From positions 1 to 64,000 of the forward strand of contig JAAPAO010000115.1 in NCBI GenBank assembly GCA_013115145.1: 64,000 nt of DNA. Reading direction: 5' to 3'. The notes below the pieces were generated by a model. It saw nothing but the letters and a program-made list of their open reading frames with translations, was not told the origin of the DNA and did no database searches. Below are positions 22,042 to 33,175 of this stretch, piece after piece. The position numbers and the translations under genes were made by a program. Each line of letters begins with the position of its first letter. Positions within the stretch are counted from its first letter, which is position 1. This DNA is from Perkinsus chesapeaki ATCC PRA-425. Its lineage: Eukaryota > Protista > Perkinsozoa.

Positions 22042-25000
22042 CTATTGTTGGTATAGAAGCAGTCCAGTGTCTACGTGAATGGACGAACAGTCGAGTGCAT
22101 CAATCGCCTCAGCCAGAGCCTCATTCCGAGCAGCCGCTTCCGGATCTAAAAATAACATTACCAGGATTCGAACCCACGACCTTTCTTACTAACATCCTCG
22201 TTGTCGTTCCTCTCCTCCAAACTGGCCCGAGCAACTTCATGCCTGAACCTCACTCTCATGTTAAGTGCTGCCTTCGCCACCAACTCCATCATGGCCGTCT
22301 TGGTCGTCGGTGGATCCAAATAGTAAAGCCAAAACGATATAATACTCGCCTGTTGATTAACCGACGGTGCAATAACACTCTTGGGGACCTAACAAAAACC
22401 ACCACCATAATTTCCTGGCGCAGTGACTCTTCCTTCTCACCTCAGACAGCTTGATGACATGTTCCGAATGCAGCCTATGTAACAACATCTGACATTCTTC
22501 CCGATCAATCATGCATCGCTCCGCTATCCTAATCGTCTCTGATTTGTACCCAGTTGTCAACAAGTATTGATAGACTCGAGCTCCCACTACACCGTACCTA
22601 ATAATCGATCATCAGGGCGAGCGCTTTTTACAAATCCTCCTCCAATAGGCCTTCTTCTTACTTCTCGGTTAATATCGTATGGGTGAGCTCCTCAGTAAGC
22701 TTCGCTAAGACATTCTTCCAGTCAACTCTGTACGTAGCCGGTCCGGTCTGAACCGTCGCTGTTGCCACCGATGCTGCTGATGAACGTTTCGACGACCCTC
22801 GCCGCTTCGGAGCCGCGGCCAACTGAGGAGGGAGGAAACGGTTATGAAACGGTTAGATCGATTATGTAACGAATGGCGAACGGTTGAAGTCTTCGGGAAA
22901 ACTGGGCAACACTAAATCCACCGGAGAGATGCTTAGTGTTGATGTGTGTAATGCTAGGACTGAGCGGGTGTTATCAGACTTTCTAATGGGGAGAATAAAA
23001 CTGCGCGCCACGAAATTCTTACTGCAGCGGCAGCGGCTGCGTTTGTGCAGAGAACGAGGGCATCTTGATGCTTGCTGAAGACATTAAGATACTTGATGAG
23101 CTCATCACGTTGGCGATTCAGATGAGCTGACGCTGATGAACCTGCAAGACAGTATCCAAGCTCGAAGAATGCAAGATGCACATGAGGCCGCCATTACCGA
23201 TCCCGGAAGAAGCCGGGGATGATGGTGATGATGATGGCGTCTCGTGATTATGCGTCATCCAATCCAACAAATCATCGACTTGAAAAGTATCTAACACTCG
23301 AAAATGGCCAAACATGAATCGCTTCGCTCCGCCTCACCAGTAGTGCAATCAGTCAACTTTGTGTTTTCCACAGGTCCCATTGGAGGCTTCACCGATTCGT
23401 TAAGCATAACCTACAACAACCACTCACGCAGGTTCGATCCCGGCACCCCGCACTTGGAATATTTTCCCTGCTGCTGGATTCATTCTCTTAGCAACATACT
23501 CCACCGCCAGTTGCTTAACCAACATCATATCCAATGCCACTTGATTTAATCGCAACACCTGTATGGAAAATAATACTCTTACTGGACAACAGATGTGAGC
23601 CTCTCGAAATGCTGTTGAAGGTAATAATATAACTCTATCTATTAATCTCTTCAATAACACATTGCTCTATCGCCGAGCACGAATGGAAATATGGAAATGC
23701 AGTGAGAACCTCCACAAGAAGAAGAAGAAAGCTATACCATTTAAAACTGCCGTATACCATTTATACAGCCGATGGTGTACTGCTGTATGAGCCCCCAAAC
23801 CCCTTCCCCCTTACCCCTCCTCCTTCGATCTGCGTGGCATCAACTTTCTTCATAAGTCGTCTACTTCTCCCTGTCTGCCTACCTCTATTCCCTCGGCTAC
23901 CACCAGCGGCATCGGCAGCGGCTCTCTTGCGAGATCCGGCCTCGGCCTAAAGCAGGACATCATACAGGAGCAGTTATTATCAAGCATGATGAGAAATAAT
24001 GCAAACCGATCAGTGTTATACGGAGAATCAAACGACGTATTTACTATTTCTTGTAACTATCGGAGCATGTTCTCTTAAAGAGTTCCCAGCATCCGCATTT
24101 GCGACATCTCACGTATAGAACGGGGCTCAGCGCGGAGCAGTCCTGCCGCAAGACAGGACTCCACACATTAATATAATGGTTACACTTCTCCATCAAACGA
24201 GCCAATGTGAAACCTACCTTGGCTGCAGTGGCTTTCCTTCTTCTAGTTGTCGGAGCTGCTGCTGCCTCACCCGGCTGCTGTTCACCGGCTAACAACGCCA
24301 ACTCCGGAGACATCATTAACAGGTCATCAGCGGCGTCGATATCTGATATTATAAATATAAGTGTATTCCTGCTGTTCTATCTTTTGTCATGCATTGTAGT
24401 GCATCTGAAGATATGTTTAATTTCGCGGCTATCGAAAAGATGATATCGAATATATACTTGATAATAAGGTGGTCGTATTATTATTAATTATAATCATTGT
24501 CAATTCTAAATCAACAGCAGCAACAACACAGCAGAGGCAGGGGTTATGTACCCTGATCGCCCTGCAACACTGAGCCGTAGTTGTCTTCGTGACACTCGGA
24601 ATGACTCAAAGCTCCTCTCAGAGTGTTCTCTCGGGACATCGATGAACTTCGGTTACATTTCTTGTATTAACTGGATTTCCCTTCATCATTCATTCTAGTG
24701 ACATTACACTGCCTATCAGCACTTCCCAGCAGTTACACATTCAACGGAGCAATTGCTCATTAGAGGCGAATTCGTACACAATAACCATCCAAAGATATTA
24801 GCGGCGCGCGACTTTCCAGAGCATGGGGGGGGAGGAGCTCATCTTCGAATGCTCGAGAAAGCTTTTTATCGAAAATCTTGAAACGGTTACTCAAGCGTAT
24901 TGACGTTCGATGGTCTATCAGAAGCTGGGACTTTTCTGGACCAAACCGAAACACTGGGAGAGTAAAATTGCAAAGTAGATTTCATCGTCGATGTAGAACA

Positions 25001-26910
25001 TTACGTCACGAGCAACTGATGATGCCTTACCTTCCTCAGCTCCTCCTCCAATATCCGGTATCATCGGACTTTCCTCCTCCGGTGATGACAGTTCACCTCT
25101 ACTGCCTTCTGGCGTGCTGCTAGCCTCTACTGGTGTTGAAGGAGCTCTTGATGACTGCTGCTGCTGTTGTTGATCTGTGGCACGTAAACAAGGCTCGACT
25201 CTGTAAAGGACCTGAAAGAACATGCATCATCCTTAGACGCTTTGAGCTAGTAAAACTAAGAACCGCTATGATACCAAACAGGAAATGATGCTTGAATATT
25301 GCAGCAAGCAGCCACAAGCAGTGGTCGCCAATTCCACCGGTCTCATAGCTACATCGCCCCGGGCTCCATCTCAAATCAATCATTTCAAAGTCGATTATTC
25401 AACTTCAATCAGCTTGCCCAACAAACGCGAACTCACTGTTTGAGATAACCGAGATTGCAGCACCACGCATGTGCTGAATTAAGTCAATGTATATGAAGCC
25501 CGTTGGTTCATGTCAATAATCCCGCGCGCCACGATATTCTACGCCATCCAACGTGCGAAATGAATCAACACCGTACGGCTAAGCATGACTCACATTGCTG
25601 GTGACCAACTCGATGAGAGCTGCTTCGACATCAGCCTTGACTTCTCTCATAGGGGGGGCGTGCTCTCCGACATATTCTATAAAATAGCCATCATAACACC
25701 AGGGCACGAGAGCTACCTCGCCATCGAAGAGCTGCAAATTCGATCAAGTCATCCCATCCCACACGCCCCCGTCGGAGGACCTATCCAATGAAGCACATGA
25801 CGGCGACAGAAGGGGCGGCGCACTTTAGCTAAATGATAATTCATGTAACAGAAGCGCATAACAGATGTAGTGTATGTCTTATGACCAAGGGCTCGGAAGG
25901 AATCCATCAAATCAACAGAAAAGAACGACGAGGAGAGGCGAGCGGTAAGGATTCGTTCACGGTCGGAGTCGACGATTTCACTTGCTGCTGCTTGCGGGCT
26001 TCAACATCACTCGTGATCAACTCACCTCCGCCATGACATGAACTGCCACTGGCCGTCGGCGGCCCATCTGTTCTTGGACGAGATTCATATACTTCGGAAA
26101 ACGCATACGAGCAACAACGGCACTTGGAGAGGCGCTATACAACACCTACACAGGAGGATCGGGCTGGCGACTTGTGGATGATTTACCAAATGCTGCGGAG
26201 GTGCTCCTGATTTCTCTTGGCTGGGAACTTGGACTTGCTTCACCAAATGTGATACTGCGATATTGTGCTGGATAAGGATCATGAGAGCATCACGAATGCA
26301 CGACCAAGTCATCCTGTCTGAAAAGGTAACACATTACTGTTGGCGAGGGAGGATGCGATATTGTCGATAATGGATGGTAAATCGGCATGGATACTCCCCC
26401 CTGGCGAAAGCAATAATAATAGCGGCCCCCGAATCCACAGAACTTTCTTCAAATCTACCATGGGGAGTTTATAAATCTATCTCAAACCTCCTTGTTAATC
26501 TTCAAACATTCTACAACAGCAAGGATGCCAAAATTAAGTGTCCAAAAATAGCAATGTTAACTATTGAGCTTATCTTCATCATCATTCCCAATGAACTCAC
26601 TTGTGATCTCATGCATCGGATGGGGTACCTTAGCATCAGTCCGTAGATCTAGTGGCCAACTCAGATCTTCATTAACGTATTTGCTCAGTTCGGGGAACCT
26701 TAAACACAACTGAAATAACATCGACCAAGTTACTCCTCACCTCATCGGCCCTCTGGAAAGCAGGCAGCTGGCCACTGCCGACACCGCTGGCCCAAACTGG
26801 TCCGTAATAATATCACAGCAGAGCTTGTGGATGGCTGCCTGAGGCGCCTCGATCGCCGGGGCATTGAAAGGGGGCGGCCGGGATGTTGGGGCGGATGACG
26901 AGCCAACCAT
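22042..26910 (-). CDS. POLR3C: RNA polymerase III subunit RPC3 (C82/RPC62), multi-exon
   Basis: N-terminal LCCDIITDQFGPAVSAVASCLLSRG, ALMILIQHNI, and C-terminal TILTEK|YGVVGARVYQYLL...AERCMIDREECQMLLHRL winged-helix segments typical of RPC3. Confidence 0.8.
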
Positions 26911-26925
26911 AAGGAGGGAGAAAAA

Positions 26926-26993
26926 GCCAAGCCTGGGGTTCGAACCCACGACCGATCGGTCCCGAACACAACACCTTACCCAGTTAAAAAGGC
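26926..26993 (-). pseudogene. Degenerate tRNA-like relic followed by TTTTT in the 116-bp gap between the DUF726 gene and RPC3
   Basis: GCC...GGTC GTGGG TTCGAAC CCCAG GCTTGGC then oligo-T; about 68 nt, stems poorly paired. Confidence 0.55.
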
Positions 26994-27026
26994 TTAACAA
27001 TAATATATTAGAACTGTTATACTCCT

Positions 27027-30000
27027 TCACTCGAGGATGTCAAGAGCTGCCATAATCTCGGTAAGGTATTCCGGATAGTGATCATGTCTCTGTACCAGTT
27101 TACCGAGGTCAGCATTCTCAACGCCGGAGATCCCCCGTACTGGACTCAGCCCGGCCACTTTAACGCCCCACTCCATGTAGCGATAAAGGAAGCCAAGCAC
27201 CCAGTCACTTCCACAGTAACCATTGATGAATCTTCCGGACACTACTGCTCGAGCTCTGAAAGGGGTAAGTGGGAAGAGGCAGTCGTTGAGTCGTTGAATC
27301 TCAAATTCTACTAAGTAATACCCTCAAAAGTAACAGCCACAAAAACTTCATATGCTGAAGTGATTGGGATTCATTACATCCCCTCATAAGGACCAGTTCA
27401 CGAGTAGGGAGTGAGAAGGTAGACGATCGTTTGCCAGTCGTGGTATCAGCGGCGAGCTCACCTTCGCCAAGCTCTTTTGTGGTCGGAACCGACGGCAGGA
27501 GCATCGAATGTGATTGCTATCGGAGCTCCTAGCAGAACAACGTTCTGAACACTATTGAAATATCCTTTACTGTATCTGAAGGAAAGGGTATCTTAGGTTC
27601 AAGCAGGTAAGATCTCAATACGGTAAGGTTACGGACTTACAGAATCTCTAAACACTTGAACACAACTCGTGCCCCATTGCTAATGCCCACCAAAGTGACA
27701 GGGCGATTCCCCACGCAACTCGAGTCCATGATAGCAGATGCCAGCACTTCTCCAGCAACCGACGACCGATCACGTACAACCTAAAAATGTACTTGCATAG
27801 ATTCGAACCAGGGACCTTTCGCTTACCAGCCAGGTGTTATCCAGATCCGTCATGTATTTAATGATCCACACCGGGAACATTGCAGTTGCTGCTGCTGCGC
27901 CTATCGTCGCTTGTAGCCACATGCTCGCCGCCTGTTTCGCTATTTCATCAGTTATCAATCTACGAAGGACCTGGACATGTTAAGGTGGACATGGTATATC
28001 AAAAGGCAGCACTTTAGCAATACTCAACGGTACTGTACTACTTATCAACATTTTTACTACTAAAGACACATTTTACCACGACTTCCCGCCGCCACCGCCC
28101 TCGAAAGCATATTATTTCGAACACTAAGCTCTCCAGTCTCTGCTCCCGGTGACATCAGCACCTCCATAAATGTTGACAAAATAATCGCATTATTATCTTC
28201 CCCGCTCCCTTACACTGCCGAGCTTTATCAAATCACGACTTTCCCAATTAACAGCGTACACTTCACTCTGTCTGGTAGGATGACCATTAAATCGATTAAG
28301 ATTGTCGCCTCCCTCATTCTCATGGCTGGAGATATCTGGTTCGATCCACGGTAAGATTACATCTTCCCTGTCTCGAATCCATCTGAAGTACAAAAATATA
28401 GAAACATGAAACGCTTCGCTCCGCCTACCCTCCCACACAAAGTCGCAGCTCCAAAGCACCAGGATCATCAGCCTGTTGTCTATCATTCGCGGCCGGATCA
28501 CTTTCATTAAATCGTCTCCCCCAAGAATCGAACGCACGGCCTTTTGATTTCAAGATTGCACTTTCAGCATAGGCGTCTTTAAATTCAAACTCGTGGAGAT
28601 CCCCCCACCGCTTGTTCATCTTGAAACCCGTGAGACTTGCCCCACCAGCACCGAACAGCACAGCAACACCGGCAGTTCCGACTGCGGCCAGAAAACCACT
28701 GGCCGATATTATCAGCCCACCGACAGCTACACCAATCGTACCAAGGCCTCCTATAGCGGTGCCGATGCTCGCCAGACCTGGGTGAAATCATTATCGTATT
28801 TGGAGAGGACGGGTCAGATTAAGGTAAAGAGTAATTATTATCGCAAAGCTAATATAATAAGATATAAAAGAATAGCAACGCGGGACGGACTTCCTACCAG
28901 CCACTACAGCTGGCGCTGCTAGTCCTCCTGTTAGAGCTAGTAACGCTCCTCCTCCCACCGCTGCAGCACCGATTTTCAACCGCCTAGATAGGCGGGACCT
29001 GCAAAAGTACTGTACAATCAGATTCCTGCTACTCATTAAGGTCATTCATGCGTGGTACACGGATACGCTATCAGAAATAATACTACCAAAGCTGGTTTGG
29101 GAAATAATTGAAACCATCAACTTTGTTGAATTTAATTGAGCGAAATACTTCCAGAAAGAATCTCATAAAGCGGTAGATTTTTAATGCGCCTTCTATGAGT
29201 GAGAATGTCGACATACTTCACACGGCGCGTCGAGTTCTTACTGTTTGTTTTCTATCTTACTAACATATATCAGTTCAATTCCCTAAAGTGGTCGTCGATT
29301 ATATTTCATCACCGATAAACAAATTACTTATATCTCTGAAGTGAGCGTCAAAAGATCAACAACTCCGGCTGAGATTTTGAGAAGCTTCCTGGAAATTGAG
29401 GGCTTTTTACTGACCTTCAAACTGGGGTCAGTTCGGCGACTCTGGAAGTAAAGACGAAAAGCGATTCCATGTGCAAGCTGCACTGTGGAGTTCAGCATTG
29501 AACTAAGTTTAAGTGTCACGATTTCGGTTTAGAATTGCCCAAATCCTCCTTCTTCAAAATATATCGTTATTAACTGTGAACTCTAGTGTGGAGGTGTTCG
29601 GAGTACTAACACTTGCACTACTACACCTTAGTAACTACACGGTGTCTCGGAAAGGATGAGACTTTCTGAACAACCCATTAATGAGGCGAATATTTCGGCG
29701 ACACGTGTGGCGTTCAAAAGCTCTTAAGAGTGACTTCCTAATAGTGTTCGATCGAACATCGCCAATGGCGAGAGATCCAGATTTTAATACTCCGAAGAAT
29801 GGGTTATAATGGAAGATGTGAGACTGAGCCGTTTAATTATAGTGAGATTGGTACTGTAGTGTTGAATCAGTTCCGGCGGCGGCGGCGGTCCCAGAAACTT
29901 TGAGACACAAGAGACATCCTCTCTCACAATTTCAGCAAAAGTTGTGCGCAACCCAAAAAGTAAGTTGTAGTCCACATTTAACACTCATACCCATGCTACA

Positions 30001-33000
30001 GGGTGTTGCAAAGAGAATGGCTCACCGTCTGGGATTTGCTAACCCATGCGAATTTATTGGTAACACGGGTACCAATCGAAGGCTCTCGCCAAGGTCTTTC
30101 TACAGAGAAATGTGCTACATTTGGAATGTCACTATTTTTCGTTGTCTAAGGAGTCAAGTGAACCAGATGCAACATAGTTCCAGGATTTCAGGTGAATGTC
30201 AAGAAACTCCTTAAAGATCGGGAAAAGTGGAGAGAAAGGCAAGCTCGTGTGTTTCTTCTCTCGAAACACCTCTCCACTGTCCTGGCACGCCCTTCGAGGC
30301 CCTCGGCAATCACATCTTCTCACCTCAAGTAGTTTTGAACTACGCTGAAATTACAATATGCGGTGAGAACAGTCACTGTTCGCCCCCGAGCACAACGATT
30401 TCAATATCGGCACAAACTGCGTAAGTAAGCTCTCCTCTTTGAAGACGACGTATTAGCCCTATTATTGCCTACCCGCTGCTAGCCTTAACATGATCTACTC
30501 CGGGTTGTTGTTGTAGTCTACTCTCCTTTCTCTCTCCATCGGCCTGTTCACTTTTCCTTACCGCTTCAATTAATTCCAAACCAACATCACATTCCCATGC
30601 TTCAATGACATCAGATGGAAGCCCAAAGAGTTCCGCAAAATGGAATAGAACACATCTCGTCCCTGAAATAGAGTGACGTCCATAAAAATGGAAGACATTA
30701 ATCGATCATGAGGATGATATAATTCACATTGTTATACTTTATAAAACTCCTAATCTCCACAACAATTCGAGTTGAATAATTATTAATAAGCCAAATAAGT
30801 TTTAACCATCATTAAATTAATTGCTCAGCTTACAATTAATAATGCATGAGTCTAAAGTTCCACAGTTGAGCCCGAATCTTTTCGATAGCATTCCTAATAT
30901 CTTACGACTGTTGTATAAATGCTGCTGCGTCGCTCCGCCTTTTTTCGATTTCTTCTTTCCATTTTTATTTTTCTGCTTTTCTCCATCATTTTCTGATTCG
31001 TCCAATCCTCCTCCCAGAAGGTTCAACGTAAGGTCACGCAATACTAAAGATACCTGATTAGTTTCGTGGCGCGCGGTCATTATCTCGCTTAACCTGCTCA
31101 CTCACCCTCGACTTCCCTCCAAGTGACATCAAATGTGCCACAAACCCCTCGTACTGAGGAGGTGGTGATCGCCATTGCAACTGAAAATGGTGAACCAAAA
31201 TCGCTTCGCTCCGCTAAGGTTATCCACGCACCCCTCCAGGCAGATTCATTTCCAGTAGTTGCGTCAACGCTCTTCGACAAGGCTCATCGGCATCCAATAT
31301 ATTCAGAACAACCTGGAGAGTATCTTAAGGTTGAGCGGGGAAGATACGCAAAACGTCAACCTCACTTCTAAAGATCTTCTTGCCCATTGAACTATTGCCT
31401 TTCCAACCTTGGAGCCTCGGTATTTATGTCTTCCCCAAGATAATGATGGGGATGATCCGTTCGATGATGAGCCAGCAGTCCGAGTCGTTTCCTGAGCTTT
31501 GATCACATTTATTAAGGCATAGTGCCTTTGAAGAGCAAGCATGTCGAATAATATACATAGAATCCATTTATCATGAACCGAAACGGACAAGATGATGATG
31601 ATGACATCATCAACCTACACAATAATGTGATGCGGTTCATGAAACCGAAGAACCCGAACTCCTCACAGAAGGTTCGGTGACATTCTAACGTTTATCGACC
31701 ATCAGGAATGACCGAGAGACCATCTAACATTATTTCTAACCAAGTGTACAATTCTTCACCTTCAACCGGCATGTGGTAGATGATGAGCTCATTATCACTA
31801 CCACAAATACAGCAGCCGATGAGTTCTAACTCGTAACCCATCAATCAGCCGTTCCTACATGTTTGGTATGGAGCAAGATTCTGCCGCACGGTACAGAGCT
31901 ACCAAACAACAATCTTATATTGGTATTTTTGCGAAACTAACTAATTCGGAGCGCTTTCTTATGGCGGGATTATTCAAAGCCAGCAGCGCCATGAAGCATC
32001 ATTGGAGTAATAATCAACTATTCAGCGGAGTGTTCCTACTCCAGTACTCCAAAATACGCATTCGCGACAAGTAGTGAAATGCTACATTTGTCGATGGGCA
32101 GGAAGTTGACCTATTTTGTATCTTATTACATCTCCTATATCATCATCATCATCACTTTCATCACTTCCTTTACATTCCGTCCAATCAATCAGCCATCCTC
32201 TTGTCAAGTCGCTGACAATACATACCCATATACCCCCCAAACTCATCTTCATCTGATCAAGATTTAACGGAAATGTGGTATTATTTCAAACACGTCACCT
32301 TATTACATCACTTGAAAGCTCCCTCAGCATCTTGTTCCCCTCAAACGGTGTACTTTCATTTATCGATTTTGCTTCTTTGATAGCATCAACTCTGTTAGCC
32401 TTCAAGTCACGATATCTATTCGAAACATATATCACATTCCTTTTGGGGACAAATTAAAAAACAAAAAGGAATACGATACAGTGAATCATAACTTCGCGAG
32501 TTATTCACAAATTTCGTCGGGTTGCTCCGGGTACGGTAATTCAAGACATAAAAAGATCTCATTTTGACGACGACGACGCTTGAGAATGTAACCAGAACTC
32601 TAAGAGCTTCATACTATCAAATGTCATTAATTAATCCTATCTGCAGATCCAGATCGAACTCGACAGTTCCAAGGCACGCACTTGGTGTTAGCGAATGCTC
32701 CGCTCGCTCCACAATGCACCATTAACCTTTATCAATACGTATTCCAATCTATTACTTTTTTCTTGCTTCCTTAACGGCTATCTTGTGTGCCGATTCTGTC
32801 TCTTGTCGATTATTAGACGACACAACCGCCTCATTGCTCGACGATGTACCATATTCGTTCAATTTAGAGGTATCCCCCAATTTCGTATCCTGTAGAGGAA
32901 GGATCGGTATGAGTCCCTGCGTGATAGCGTACCTTCTCTTCCGCTCTACATTCGTCTTTTTCATCAACGCTCTCAAATTCAATTAATTGGGCATCTAAAA

Positions 33001-33067
33001 TGCCCCCGCTGGGATTCGAACCTGCGGCCTCCTCCTTTTGCCATGGATTACTTTCACCTCGACTCAT
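27027..33067 (-). CDS. DUF726/TMCO4-like membrane alpha/beta-hydrolase-fold protein, multi-exon (5' extent uncertain)
   Basis: RRLKIGAAAVGGGALLALTGGLAAP; LFGAGGASLTGFKM; LDNTWL|VVRDRSSVAGEVLA...GNRPVTLVGISNGARVVFKCL; VSGRFINGYCGSDWVLGFLYR; all characteristic DUF726 blocks. Confidence 0.8.
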
Positions 33068-33175
33068 CGCAACCAAGTAAACAACATACAATCAAAAACA
33101 CTAAATGCCCTCCAAATACTGTACTAAAACACCGCGCGCCACGAAATTAGAGACGTTCTTATCATCATTGTTCCT

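Noticed and set aside
24207-24443. Plus-strand ORF with a signal-peptide-like start
   Set aside because: Antisense to an Ala/Arg-rich RPC3 exon; the hydrophobicity is explained by the reverse frame.
28337-28348. GGTTCGATCCA B-box-like word
   Set aside because: Lies antisense within a DUF726 coding exon (PWIEPD) with no tRNA spacing; chance match.
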